Notes under the pieces: model-generated
Told to the model about the DNA's origin: nothing
What the model saw: the letters and a program-made list of their open reading frames with translations, nothing else
The model's database searches: none
Translations under genes and position numbers: made by a program
In this document: positions 52,575 through 64,000 of the stretch, in pieces
Layout of the letters: the number at the start of each line of letters is the position of its first letter
How positions within the stretch are numbered: the first letter of the stretch is position 1
NCBI GenBank assembly: GCA_963845755.1
Contig: CAWJTV010000044.1
Coordinates: forward strand, 50,936-114,935
Direction of reading: 5' to 3'
Length of the DNA: 64,000 bases
From: an uncultured Planctomycetota bacterium
GTDB taxonomy: Bacteria; Planctomycetota; Planctomycetia; Isosphaerales; Isosphaeraceae

Positions 52575-53495
52575 CTACGTGATCGGACGATACTCCAGAC
52601 CGCCGGAATCCTTCACGCCGAGATTCTCGTAGATCTGGCGCGTCGCGTCGGAACGATTGAGTGTGTAGAAGTGGATCCCGCGGACCTGGTGGTCGAGCAG
52701 GTCCCGGCACTGTTCGGTGGCCCAGTGGATGCCGACCTTGCTGACGGCCTCGGGCGAGTCGGCACAACGGCCGAGTGCGCGGAGCAATCGGGCCGGGAAC
52801 CGGGCGCCGAGCGCCAGCTCGGCCATCCGGGCGAGGTTCTCCCGCGAGGTGATCGGCATGATTCCCGCAAGGATCGGCACTCGGATGCCGGCCAGGTCGC
52901 ACCGTTCGCGGAAGTCGTAGAAGTCCGCGTTACTGAAGAAGAGTTGCGTGCAGATGTAATCGGCGCCGGCGTCCACTTTCCGCTTGAGATAGTCCAGCTC
53001 CTTGAGCCGATTCGGAGTCGTCGGATGCCCCTCGGGAAAGCCGGCGACCCCGATCCCGAACCCGCGCGCGTCGGGGACCCGCTCGCGCGAATGAATGAAC
53101 CGGACCAACTGCTCCGCGAACTGGAACGCGTCTTCGGCGCGGTCGTGGTTCGCCAGCATCTTGGGCGGATCGCCGCCCAGGGCGAGGATGTTCTCGATCC
53201 GCGATTCCGCGTAACGATCGAGGATCGCCGCCAGCTCTTCCGCGCTGTGGCAGACACACGTCAAGTGGGAGACCGCGGTCAGGTTGGTTTCCCGCTGGAT
53301 CCGGACGATCAGGTCATGGGTGCGTTCTCGCGTCGAACCCCCGGCGCCGTAGGTCACCGACACAAAGGAGGGCTGGAGCGCTTGCAGATGCGCGATCGTC
53401 TCGAATAGTTCGTCCGAGGCCTTATCGGTCTTGGGGGGGAAGAATTCGAAACTGAACGTGGTGGGCCGTGCCCTGAATATGTCTTGAATGTGCAT
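52575..53495 (-). CDS. metF: 5,10-methylenetetrahydrofolate reductase
   Basis: SFEFFPPK, SVTYGAGGS, HLTC, KVDAGA...TQLFF, HFYTLN. Confidence 0.96.
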   Translation of the reverse strand: MHIQDIFRARPTTFSFEFFPPKTDKASDELFETIAHLQALQPSFVSVTYGAGGSTRERTHDLIVRIQRETNLTAVSHLTCVCHSAEELAAILDRYAESRIENILALGGDPPKMLANHDRAEDAFQFAEQLVRFIHSRERVPDARGFGIGVAGFPEGHPTTPNRLKELDYLKRKVDAGADYICTQLFFSNADFYDFRERCDLAGIRVPILAGIMPITSRENLARMAELALGARFPARLLRALGRCADSPEAVSKVGIHWATEQCRDLLDHQVRGIHFYTLNRSDATRQIYENLGVKDSGGLEYRPIT

Positions 53496-53599
53496 GGTCT
53501 TAGTCGAGTTCCCACCGTCGAGAGGTCCCGGTCCGGATCGTCATACTCGGCTTGTATCATACACGACGATCGGGAATGCCGGGAGTCCTCCGACCCCCG

Positions 53600-54661
53600 T
53601 CAGATCGACGGCGTTCCGTCCGGACCGCTCGCACCACGACGATGGCGGCTGCTAACACCTTCGGACCGGTCCTTTTTTTCAACCCCGGCGGCTCCTCGGT
53701 CATCCATCCGCCCATTGAGCAGATAGAGCACGGCCATCCGGACCGCCAGCCCGTTGGCCACCTGGTCGAGGATGGCCGAATGGCGGCCGTCGGCAACCTC
53801 CGGAGTCAGCTCGACGCCGCGGTTGATAGGGCCGGGGGCCAGCAGCAGCAGGTCGTCCTTGGCCAGGCGCAGCCGCTCCTGCGTCATCATGTAGAACTGC
53901 GAATATTCGGAGACCGAGGGGAACAAGCCACGCTGTTGTCGCTCGAACTGGATTCGCAAGACATTCACCACATCGCAGCGTGGCAGGACGTCGTCGAGCC
54001 GATAGGCGACCTCGCAGCCCAACCGTTCCCACGCCTTGGGGACCAGCGTGGGCGGCCCGCAGAGAATGACCTTGGCGCCCAACTTATTGAGGGCGTAGAT
54101 GTTGGAGCGGGCGACCCGCGAGTGCGAGATGTCCCCGAGGAGGCCGACGGTCAGGCCGTCAATCCGTCCCTTGGCGCGGCGAATGGTCATCAGGTCGAGC
54201 AGTCCTTGCGTAGGGTGCTCGTGCGCACCATCCCCCGCATTGATGATCGAGCAGTTGACGTGTTGAGCCAGCAGGTGCGGAGTTCCGGGTGTTGGATGCC
54301 GGATCACCAGCACGTCGGCCCCCATGGCCTCGATGTTCTTCGCGGTATCGATGAATGACTCGCCCTTCGAGAGGCTCGAGCCGCTGACCGAGAAGTCCTG
54401 CGTGTCGGCCGAGAGCCGCTTGGCGGCCAGGCTGAAACTCGTCCGCGTTCGTGTGGAGTTCTCGAAGAACAGGTTGAAAACGATCCGGCCCTGGAGCGTG
54501 GGGACTTTCTTCCGGCTGCGTGTTGAGATCTCCGCGAAGTTCTCGGCCGTATCCAGGATGGCCAGGATTTCTTCGGACGACAGGTCTTCGAGACCCAGGA
54601 GGTGTTTGCGGCTCCAGCGCGCGGCACCGGAACCCAGGCTGGTAGGGGCGAGGCTGCTCAC
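53600..54661 (-). CDS. pyrB: Aspartate carbamoyltransferase catalytic subunit
   Basis: FFENSTRT, INAGDGAHEHPTQ, HSRVARSN, RIQFER, PGPINRG. Confidence 0.96.
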   Translation of the reverse strand: MSSLAPTSLGSGAARWSRKHLLGLEDLSSEEILAILDTAENFAEISTRSRKKVPTLQGRIVFNLFFENSTRTRTSFSLAAKRLSADTQDFSVSGSSLSKGESFIDTAKNIEAMGADVLVIRHPTPGTPHLLAQHVNCSIINAGDGAHEHPTQGLLDLMTIRRAKGRIDGLTVGLLGDISHSRVARSNIYALNKLGAKVILCGPPTLVPKAWERLGCEVAYRLDDVLPRCDVVNVLRIQFERQQRGLFPSVSEYSQFYMMTQERLRLAKDDLLLLAPGPINRGVELTPEVADGRHSAILDQVANGLAVRMAVLYLLNGRMDDRGAAGVEKKDRSEGVSSRHRRGASGPDGTPSI

Positions 54662-55239
54662 GACGGCGACCTCCCCTCTGCCGCCAAGGGCACGGTACCA
54701 GCCCCGGTCCAGACGACTTCGTCGACCGGATCGACGGGTTTGAGTCGCACGCGGACATGATCCTCGTGCGCGGTCGACAGCTCCAGTCCGACGACATCCG
54801 CCTGGATCGGGATCTCCCGGTGCCCTCGATCGACGAGCACGGCCAGGCGCACCGACGCCGGACGCCCGAGGTCGCAGATGGCGTTCAAGGCGGCACGGAT
54901 TGTTCGACCGGTGAACAGGACGTCATCGACCAGCACCACGTTGGCACCGTCGACGTTGAAGGGGATCTCGGTCCCATGAAGGACGGGCCAGCTCTGGGTC
55001 TGGCCGAGGTCGTCACGGTAAAGGGTGATGTCGACGGCCCCGACTTCCACGCTCACGCCGAGGATCCGGCTCAACTCCCGGGCCAGACGCTCGGCCAGCG
55101 GGACGCCGCGCGTCCGGATTCCGACCAGGCCGATCGGCGATGATGACGATGGGGTAGCCGTTAGCTGCTGGGCCATGGTCGCGACGAGGCGATCCATCGC
55201 CGGGCCATCACAAACCCGCTGCCCGCCCGAATTTGGCAT
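54658..55239 (-). CDS. pyrR: Pyrimidine operon regulator / uracil phosphoribosyltransferase
   Basis: GIRTRG, DITLYRDD, VVLVDDVLFTGRT, DRGHREIPI. Confidence 0.95.
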   Translation of the reverse strand: MPNSGGQRVCDGPAMDRLVATMAQQLTATPSSSSPIGLVGIRTRGVPLAERLARELSRILGVSVEVGAVDITLYRDDLGQTQSWPVLHGTEIPFNVDGANVVLVDDVLFTGRTIRAALNAICDLGRPASVRLAVLVDRGHREIPIQADVVGLELSTAHEDHVRVRLKPVDPVDEVVWTGAGTVPLAAEGRSPS

Positions 55240-55468
55240 GACATGACCTCCGCGCGGCCACTCTCGCAGCCACAATGTAGAGAACTTTAACAGAGACGGA
55301 TCCCGCCTTCAAGCAGCCTTGCACGGATCAGGAACGAACGAATCCCGGCGAATTGCTACGATTCCCCGAATTCCTTCGCCCGATGCGGCCACGACTCGCC
55401 TTTCCCTCGGACCGCCGACCGCATACGATAGGGTCGGTTTCCCAGCGATTCCGGAGGCTCCGTTTGCA

Positions 55469-56503
55469 ATGAAGATCATCCTGGCGAATCCCCGCGGTTT
55501 CTGCGCGGGCGTCAACATGGCCATCGAGTGCCTCGAACGCGCCCTCGACTTCTTCGGCCCACCCCTATTCGTCTACCACGAGATCGTGCACAACCAGTTC
55601 GTGGTCGAACGGTTCCGGAAACGAGGCACAGTCTTCGTCGAATCGCTGGACGAGGTTCCCGAGGGCTCGCCTCTGCTCTATAGCGCCCATGGCGTCTCTC
55701 CCCAGATCCGCGACCAGGCTCGCCGTCGCCGCCTGCTGGCCATCGACGCGACCTGTCCGCTGGTAATCAAGGTCCATCTCGAAGCTATCCGCTACGCCAA
55801 GGAAGGATACACCATTGTTTTGATCGGTCATGAAGGACACGACGAGGTCATTGGCACCATGGGTGAGGCGCCCCACCAGATGATCCTCGTGGAAACCGCG
55901 GAGGACGTCGAGCGGCTCTCGATCGCCGACCCCGCGAAAGTGGCCTACCTCACCCAGACGACACTGAGTGTCGACGATGCCAATCTGGTCATCGCGGCGC
56001 TTCGGAAGAAGTTCCCACTCATCGCCAATCCCCCCAAGGACGATATCTGCTACGCCACCCAGAACCGCCAGGAGGCGGTCCGTGACCTGACCGCTCAGGC
56101 CGACCTGGTGCTCGTCCTGGGCAGCCAGAACAGCTCGAACAGCCGCCGGCTTGCCGAAATCGCCAATTCTCTCGGAATCCCGTCTTTTCTCATCGATGGC
56201 GTCTCCGAAATCCAGAAAGCCTGGTTCGAGGGCGTCCAAACGGTCCTCATCACGGCGGGAGCCAGCGCCCCCGAACAAGTTGTGCAGGAGTGCATCGACT
56301 ACCTTCAACATCATTTCAGTGCGACCATCCAGGAACGAATCGTCCGCGAGGAGAACGTGCATTTTCCCCTGCCCAAGTCGCTCCGGGAGCTCCTCCCGGG
56401 CGGCCTGGCGAAGCCGGCGGGTGCCGACGCGTCCGCCCTGAACTCGGCCGCCAGCGGACCGGCCTCCGTCGAGGCGGCCTGGAGTCTGGATGCCGTTGAG
56501 TGA
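55469..56503 (+). CDS. ispH: 4-hydroxy-3-methylbut-2-enyl diphosphate reductase
   Basis: PRGFCAGV, IVHN, SAHG, DATCPLV, DICYATQNRQ, SSNS, TAGASAPE. Confidence 0.97.
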   Translation: MKIILANPRGFCAGVNMAIECLERALDFFGPPLFVYHEIVHNQFVVERFRKRGTVFVESLDEVPEGSPLLYSAHGVSPQIRDQARRRRLLAIDATCPLVIKVHLEAIRYAKEGYTIVLIGHEGHDEVIGTMGEAPHQMILVETAEDVERLSIADPAKVAYLTQTTLSVDDANLVIAALRKKFPLIANPPKDDICYATQNRQEAVRDLTAQADLVLVLGSQNSSNSRRLAEIANSLGIPSFLIDGVSEIQKAWFEGVQTVLITAGASAPEQVVQECIDYLQHHFSATIQERIVREENVHFPLPKSLRELLPGGLAKPAGADASALNSAASGPASVEAAWSLDAVE

Positions 56504-56910
56504 GGGGTGCTTTCGTAAAGCGATCCGAGATTCTGGATCGGAGCTTCCTTCCTGGAATCGCTGCGCCGAGCGTGCCACCGGAACGCAGAGTCGGGTTTCC
56601 ACCCGGGGATCTCCGAAGTCTTGAATCCTTCGTGGGTTGTGACCGGAAACCGCGTCAGGCGCGTCCGGAACGGAAATCGAATGCACCGGAAATCGTGCAC
56701 GCTCCGTTCCGTCCATGATCCCGGGACCAGGATCGGTCCCACTTGTCAGATCCGTCTTGTTTTTACCGACTAGAACCTCAACCTACGGCAAGGCAGTCTA
56801 TGCTGGAAGAAGGTCGCGCCCAGACGTCTTGGAAATATTAATTCTCTCGGCGCGAAGTGTTCACAGGAGGTGACCAGCAAGATGAGGGTTCGTGTCCGGG
56901 AGCCGACGCT

Positions 56911-57556
56911 ATGAATCTGAGCAAGATGGTGGACGATGGCCGGGGTGATGCCGGCTTCGACCCCGAGCTCCTGTTGGTCCTGGCGAAGGCGGGAGACACG
57001 GCCGCGCTCGGGCGGCTGCTCGAACGTTATCGCAATTACATGGCCTTGCTGGTTCGAATCCAGATCGGCCGCCGACTGAGCCGGAAGGTGGACGCGGAGG
57101 ATTTGCTCCAGGAGATCGGCCTCGAGGTTCATCGAAAGATCGCGACGTTCCGGGGCGGTACGGAACGCGAGTTCCTCACATGGGTACGTCGGATGATCGG
57201 CTCGATCCTGGCGAACCAGCTACGCCACTTCCTGGGAACCAAGTGTCGGGATCTCCGGCTGGAAAGGGCGCGTGGTCAACGAGCTGGATCATTCCTCCCA
57301 GGCCCTGAATGCGAGTCTGGTCGCCCCACAGAGCACTCCGAGTCAGCAAGCCGTCCGGCGAGAGCAAGCGGTGCTCTTAGCCGATGCCCTGCAAGGACTT
57401 CCCGAGAATTACCGCGAGGTCATCATCCTCCGCCACCTTGAGGGTCTGAGCTTTCCTGACGTCGCCCAGAGGGTGGGACGGACTGAGGACAGCGTGAAGA
57501 ACGCCTGGCTCCGGGCGTTAGCCCGGCTTCGGCGCTCCCTGGAGGATCGCTTATGA
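56911..57556 (+). CDS. ECF sigma factor (frameshift near 57270)
   Basis: ALGRLLERYRNY...DAEDLLQE...F.G...FLTW; TPSQ..LPENYREVIILRHLEGLS. Confidence 0.9.
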
Positions 57557-60420
57557 ACGGTCACGACGGGTCGGGAGCGTGGATTCCACGCGATCACAAG
57601 TCGGATGCCGCGGTCGACACCCATCCACATATCCGGTTCTGGGGAGGCGTCGGCCCTAAGGCCCTCGGCGATTCCAGCTCTTCACGTCCCGGAGGAAGCT
57701 TGTCTCGCGACGATGCCCCCGTCATCAAGGCGCTGGAGTCGTATCTCGAGGCCCTTCGCTCGGGCCGCCCGTGTTCGCGGGAGGAGTTCCTGGGGGAACA
57801 TCCCGAGATCGCCGACGCGCTCCTCGAGTGTCTCTCCGGGCTGGAATTCATCCAATCGGCAGCGGTCCAGATCGGCGGTTCGGACGGCGACCGGCCCGGC
57901 TTGCCGGCGGATGCCGTCCTGCCGCGCGCACAACTCGGTGACTATCGGATCCTTCGCGAGGTGGGACGAGGTGGCATGGGGGTCGTCTACGAGGCCGAGC
58001 AGGTCTCACTGGGCCGTCGCGTCGCCCTGAAAGTCCTGCCCTTCGCCGCGGCGATCGACCCGAAACAACGGCAGCGATTCCAGATCGAAGCCCAGGCAGC
58101 CGCCCAGTTGCACCACCCCCACATCGTGCCCATCTTCGGAGTGGGCTGCGATCAGGGCGTTCATTACTATGCCATGCAATTCATCGAAGGCCGTAGCATG
58201 GCCGCGATCGTCCGCGAACTCCGGTCCGGCGACGAGAAGTTGGCGAAGTCCGCGGCAAACTCCTCCTGGGATTCGTCGATCGAGACCGAGGAGGCCACAC
58301 CGACGCCCGGCGTTCTCGACGGGGACACTCGCGATGCGCCGGTCGCGAACCCGTCAACGGCGATACACGCCAGTCGGAGCACGAACGGAGACCCCGTTCT
58401 GGCGCCACACGCAGCTTCACCCGCCGAAAATGCGTCCGGAGCGCCGACCGCCGCGGAGGCCGTCTGTCAGGATCGGGTGTTCTGCCGATGCGTCGCCCGG
58501 CTGGGTGCTGACGCGGCCGACGCCCTCGACCACGCTCATGGCCTGGGCATCATCCACCGCGACGTCAAGCCGGCAAACCTTCTGATCGATCAGAACGGGG
58601 CAGTCTGGATCACCGACTTCGGCCTGGCCCGATTCCACAGCGACTTCAGCCTGACCGGGACCGACGACATCGTCGGGACGCTCCGCTACATGAGCCCGGA
58701 GCAGGCCCTCGCTCGACGCGGTGTCGTCGATCAGCGCACGGACGTCTATGCCCTGGGCGTGACCTTATACGAGCTCCTGACACTCCGTCCCGCGTTCGAT
58801 GGTCGCGACCACCAGGAGCTCCTCCGACAGATCGCCCTCGACGAGCCGGTCTCCCCGCGCCGACTCAACCCGGCCATCCCTCGAGACCTGGAGACGATCA
58901 TCCTGAAGGCGATGGCCAAGGATGTCTCGAGCCGCTACGCGACCGCGCAGGAAATGGCCGGCGATCTCAGGCGATTCCTCGACGATCAACCGATCGTCGC
59001 CCGCCGGCCGGGGATTCTCGAATGCACTTGGCGGTGGGCTCGACGACACGGGAAACAACTGGCCTCCGCCGCTGCAATCGTGATGGTCTTGCTGATCATC
59101 ACGACCGCCGTCTGCTGGAGATTCTACGTCTCGAGCCGGGAATCGCGAAACCGTTACCTCGCTTACCTGATCAAGAACTATCCCCTCATCGACCGATTCG
59201 CCATCGATCAGGTTCATCAAGAGGCCTCGCTCCTTGCGACCTCGACCGATCCGACGACTCGCAAGCAAGCGTATAAAATATTTGATGAAGTGATAGAACT
59301 CTTCAAGCAAGCCAGCGAGCTCCCCCCAACGAACCGGGAATCGCGCATCATCATCGCCCGCGCGTTCTGCCGTCTTGCATCCACACGGACATACATGAGC
59401 TTCTGCAGGGGGACGATGCAAGAACCCGATCCGACGCTCATGTCCGCGGCCTTCTCCGACTATCGCGAGTCCATCGCGCGGTTCGAGGGATTAGTGGCCG
59501 AGTCGGGCGGTGATGTCACGGCGCGCCGCTATCTCGCCGATGCCCTCGGATTGGGCGGAATGGGATGCTACAAACGGCTCGCGAGTCAGCCCAAGGAGGC
59601 CGAGCAGTTCTATAGCCGTGCGATTCAGCTCAGGCGGGACCTGCTCCGAGGGACCGACGGAACGTCGGACAAACAGGACCGACCTCGACTCGAGGTCAGC
59701 AACGAATGTGACGATCCTCTCTGGTTGGTGAGGACCGTTCACACCTTGACGTCCATGCTCGACGGAGAGGGCCGGAAGGAAGAGGCCGAACGATTGCGTC
59801 GTCAATCCGAAGAGGATTTCATCGCGGTGGCCGCGAGGTATCCGATGCCGGAGTTTCAAGGGATCCGGAAGCTGTGGGCCGACCAGTTGATGAAGGACCT
59901 GAACTATTCCTCCGAGCAGTATCTCGATTGCAGGCTGACCATGATCCTCGACCCCGAACGCGCCGAAGCCCTCAACACCGTGGCCTGGTTCCAGGCCCGA
60001 TTCCCCGACGACGCTTCGTTCAAACCAGAGCAGGCCCTCATCTCGGCCCAAAAGGCCGTCGCGCTTGAACCAAGCAATTGGCTATATTTAAATACGTTAG
60101 GCGTAGCGGCGTTTCGCGTCGGCGATTGGAAGACCGCCGAGAAGTCGCTGCGGGAATCGATCGGATTCAATGGTGGCCGGGCCGAGGACTGGTTCTTCCT
60201 CGCGATGACCCGCTCGCGCCAGGGAGAGTGTCAGGAGGCCCGGCGGTGGTTCGACCAGGCCGTTTCCTGGGTCTCCCGGAACAAATCGAGCTATGAGCTG
60301 CGACGATTTCACGCGGAAGCTGCCGCGTTGCTGGGACTTCCCGAGCCCGATTCCAAGCAGAGTACGCGCAAGATCGAGAAATCGAAGAGGATCACGCCGG
60401 AGGAAGGTGCGCCGGCCTGA
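57553..60420 (+). CDS. Ser/Thr protein kinase with TM segment and TPR C-terminus
   Basis: GRGGMGVVY, VALK, HRDVKPAN, TDFGLA, YMSPEQ; TPR-like NTLGVA.FR. Confidence 0.95.
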   Translation: MNGHDGSGAWIPRDHKSDAAVDTHPHIRFWGGVGPKALGDSSSSRPGGSLSRDDAPVIKALESYLEALRSGRPCSREEFLGEHPEIADALLECLSGLEFIQSAAVQIGGSDGDRPGLPADAVLPRAQLGDYRILREVGRGGMGVVYEAEQVSLGRRVALKVLPFAAAIDPKQRQRFQIEAQAAAQLHHPHIVPIFGVGCDQGVHYYAMQFIEGRSMAAIVRELRSGDEKLAKSAANSSWDSSIETEEATPTPGVLDGDTRDAPVANPSTAIHASRSTNGDPVLAPHAASPAENASGAPTAAEAVCQDRVFCRCVARLGADAADALDHAHGLGIIHRDVKPANLLIDQNGAVWITDFGLARFHSDFSLTGTDDIVGTLRYMSPEQALARRGVVDQRTDVYALGVTLYELLTLRPAFDGRDHQELLRQIALDEPVSPRRLNPAIPRDLETIILKAMAKDVSSRYATAQEMAGDLRRFLDDQPIVARRPGILECTWRWARRHGKQLASAAAIVMVLLIITTAVCWRFYVSSRESRNRYLAYLIKNYPLIDRFAIDQVHQEASLLATSTDPTTRKQAYKIFDEVIELFKQASELPPTNRESRIIIARAFCRLASTRTYMSFCRGTMQEPDPTLMSAAFSDYRESIARFEGLVAESGGDVTARRYLADALGLGGMGCYKRLASQPKEAEQFYSRAIQLRRDLLRGTDGTSDKQDRPRLEVSNECDDPLWLVRTVHTLTSMLDGEGRKEEAERLRRQSEEDFIAVAARYPMPEFQGIRKLWADQLMKDLNYSSEQYLDCRLTMILDPERAEALNTVAWFQARFPDDASFKPEQALISAQKAVALEPSNWLYLNTLGVAAFRVGDWKTAEKSLRESIGFNGGRAEDWFFLAMTRSRQGECQEARRWFDQAVSWVSRNKSSYELRRFHAEAAALLGLPEPDSKQSTRKIEKSKRITPEEGAPA

Positions 60421-60656
60421 TGCGGCGCTCGGGCGCAACTCCGGGGCGATTCCCGATTCGAGATCTCGATCCCGAATCTCGGGTCCCAGATGCCCGATTG
60501 ATACGGATCCGCCTTCGACTCTTCTCGACAGACATTTTCATTCATTTCACCCGGAATTCAGCATCTTCCATCCGATTCCTTCACAAACTTCCACCCGGAA
60601 CCCGAGCGTGCCCACGCACGTGCGGATCTTCGCAGAACAACCGCGCACCGCAGGGT

Positions 60657-60685
60657 TTGACGCCAGCCCGCCCAACCGATAAACT
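60657..60685 (+). promoter_or_regulatory. Probable rpsB promoter
   Basis: TTGACG-N17-TAAACT, followed by a structured leader (CCCCGGAC/GTCCGGGG). Confidence 0.6.
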
Positions 60686-60796
60686 ACGATTCACGTGGAT
60701 TGTTCATTCGAGTTCCGCTACTCGAGAAAGGCCGCCCCGGACCCGACGTCCGGGGAACGCGGCCGGATTCTGACCAACGGCTTCGGAGGGTTTTTC

Positions 60797-61744
60797 GTGT
60801 CGCTCGTGGTGAAGGATCTGATCGATGCCGGGGTTCATTCCGGTCACCGCGCCAGCCGGTGGAACCCCAAGATGAAGCCGTACATCTACGGCAAGCGCAA
60901 CCTGATTCATATCATCGACTTGAAAGAGACGGTCCGCGGCCTGCTCCGCGCGATCAAGTCTTCAGCGCGTGGCCGCGTCCAACGGGCTGATCCTGTTCGT
61001 CGGTACCAAGCGCCAGGCTGCCGACACGATCATCGATCAGTGTAACCGCTCCGGAATGCCATACGTGACCGAACGATGGCTGGGCGGGACATTGACCGAT
61101 TTCCGGACGATCCGCAGCCGGCTACATCGCCTCGAGGAGCTGGAGTCGATCCTGGACGGCGAGCAAGGCATCAGCTACTCCAAGAAGATGATCTCGACCT
61201 TGAGCCGCGAGCGGCGGAAGATCAAGCGGAACCTCCGCGGCATCCGCCACATGAACCGGCTCCCCGAAGCCCTCCTGGTCATCGACCCGCGACGCGAGCA
61301 CATCGCGGTGGCCGAGGCCCGCAAACTGGGCATCAAGGTCGTCGCGCTGCTGGATACCGACTGCGACCCGGATGCGATCGACCTGCCGATCCCCGGTAAC
61401 GACGACAGCATGCGGTCTATCGAGCTGCTCCTGAGCCGGCTGACGGAGGCGATCCTCGAAGGCAAGGCGGCGGCACCGGTGGAACCACCACCACCGGCGG
61501 ATGGCGGCTCGGGCCGTGGCGATCGCGACCGCGATCGTCGCCAAGGGCCGCCTCGCGGCGAAGGTACCCGCGGGCCGGTGAAAGTCGCGAGACGGAAGCT
61601 CCAGTCACCGAGCCGGCGACCGCGTCGAAAGCAACGGTGGAGCCCGAGCGCAATCGCAGGTCGAGTCGGTCAACCAAACCGCCGGCACCGAGCGGCGACC
61701 TTGGCGGCGACGATGAAGCGCCCGTCCCCGCCGAAGGCCAGTGA
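60797..61744 (+). CDS. rpsB: 30S ribosomal protein S2 (frameshifts; long low-complexity C-terminal tail, end approximate)
   Basis: AGVHSGH...[33 protein letters not shown]. Confidence 0.95.
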
Positions 61745-62002
61745 GCCAGCCGCGGCTGCCATAAGATGTCGGCGCACCCAGACCGGGGTCCCGATCGATC
61801 GCATCCGGGCGCGCCGGCTTCCTCGGGAAGGGGTGCCATCCTCATTCCGGACGAGCAAGACATCACGAATCGACGGGTCGCTCCCGAGGGCGACCGCAAT
61901 CGATACCTCCAACAAGCCCGGCAAGATCTACTGCAACAGGCGATTTCCGTTCGCGATCGCGCAAGTCGCGACGCATCCCGCACGAGAACGAGGCGTCTGC
62001 CG

Positions 62003-62597
62003 ATGGACGAGATCACGGCTCAGGCTGTCAACGAATTCCGCAAGAAGACCGGCTGGGCCTCGACTGGGGTGCAAGGCGCTCCTGAAGGAATCCAACGAAG
62101 ACATGACCAAGGCCAAAACCCTGGCCAAGAGCAAGGCATGAAAAAAGCCGGGCTCCGCGCCGGCCGCACCGCCAAGGCCGGCCGCATCGAGGTCTACATC
62201 CACCACGACTCCCGTCAGGAGTGATGATCGAGCTCAATTGCGAGACGGACTTCGTCGCCCGCAACGAAGAGTTCAAGCAACTGGCCAAGGACCTGGCGCC
62301 GCAATCATGGCGGTCAATCCGCTGTATGTCCGCCGGGAGGATGTGCCCGAGGACGTCGTCGCCGAGCAGAAGCGGATCTTCATGGCCCAGGTGGCCGACA
62401 AACCCCAGAATATCCAGGAGAAGATCGCAGAAGGGAAGCTCAACGCCTGGTTCGGTGAGTCGGTCCTGATGGATCCGATGTTCGTCAAGGATGACACGAA
62501 GGCCGTTCGCGACGTCATCCTGGCGGTGAACTCGCACACGGGAGAAGACATCTCGGTGGCCCGGTTCGCCCGGTTCGTCGTCGGCGAAGGGCGATGA
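62003..62597 (+). CDS. tsf: Elongation factor Ts, short (~200 aa) form, several frameshifts
   Basis: [46 protein letters not shown]. Confidence 0.93.
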
Positions 62598-62612
62598 CCG
62601 CTGCGGTCCAGG

Positions 62613-63498
<886 letters not shown>

Positions 63499-63638
63499 GA
63501 GAATCCTCTCCTCGTGACGGACCGAGGCGACCATAGACAACGACGGCCGTGCTAAGATGGACCCCATGGACGGACAATCGACGGTGGTTAACGACATTGA
63601 TCGGTTACGGAGTGTCCGTCGAGGGGAGAGAGCATCCC

Positions 63639-64000
63639 ATGAGTATCGAAGAGATCACATTCGAAGCGGAAGAGCGCATGGAGAAAAGCCTCGCGTTGCT
63701 GGGTGACCAGTTCCAGGGGCATCCAGAAAACGGGCGAATGTCGGCCTGGTGGAATCGATCCGGGTCGAGTATTACGGCTCGCCGACGCCGCTGAAGCAGA
63801 TGGCCAACCTGAGCACACCCGAGCCGCAGCAGATCCTGATCCGCCCCTTCGACCCCTCGGTCGTCGGTGACATCGTGAAGGCAATCCAGACCAGCGACCT
63901 GGGCCTGAGTCCCAATTCGGACGGCAAGGTCGTTCGACTCAACGTGCCGCCGCTCTCGGTCGAACAGCGGAAGAAGCTGGTCAACCGCGTCAAGGAGCTG
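63639..64000 (+). CDS. frr: Ribosome recycling factor, partial, frameshifted
   Basis: AEERMEKS, VEYYGSPTPLKQMA, IRPFD, SDLGLSP.SDG, PPLSVEQRKKL. Confidence 0.93.

Noticed and set aside
53496..55468. SAM riboswitch before metF or PyrR attenuator before pyrR
   Set aside because: No recognisable consensus in either intergenic region
56911..60420. ECF sigma plus Ser/Thr kinase as a novel system
   Set aside because: A common, already described pairing in planctomycetes
60445..60500. Degenerate 7-mer repeats after the kinase gene
   Set aside because: Too degenerate to define; resembles ordinary intergenic heptamer tracts

Overview
GC-rich window whose gene content (DUF1559 prepilin-like protein, DUF1580 proteins, LEPR-type signal motif, ECF sigma/Ser-Thr kinase pair) points to a planctomycete; that assignment is an inference. 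Left to right: (1) a giant secreted MnxG-type multicopper oxidase, divergent from a cassette of two Fe/2OG dioxygenases, two transferase-like genes, a tandem beta-barrel protein and two luciferase-like monooxygenases. (2) A 12.3-kb element integrated in tRNA-Thr(CGT) between 43-bp att repeats. It carries an integrase, two DUF1580 proteins, a sigma factor, a replisome organizer with in-gene iterons, a Zn-finger, a scaffold-like gene, a tail-chaperone G/GT pair with a canonical -1 slippery site, a short tape-measure-like gene and a TerS-like gene. No capsid, portal, large terminase, tail tube or lysis gene was recognised, so it is a candidate tail-remodelling phage satellite. (3) Membrane glycosyltransferases, an RluA-family gene, truD, a desaturase and a tRNA(CAT) split by a 357-nt group I intron. 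(4) queG, then an ~8-kb island bracketed by a duplicated metF 3' segment. The island encodes DUF1559, a Cys-rich double-glycine precursor, a stand-alone C39-like peptidase and a DUF1573 gene interrupted by two IS elements with clean target duplications. (5) metF, pyrB, pyrR, ispH, ECF/kinase and rpsB-tsf-pyrH-frr. Many genes, including essential ones, carry 1-bp frameshifts, so most frameshifts are probably sequencing or assembly indels. All family calls come from reading motifs by eye; no searches were run.
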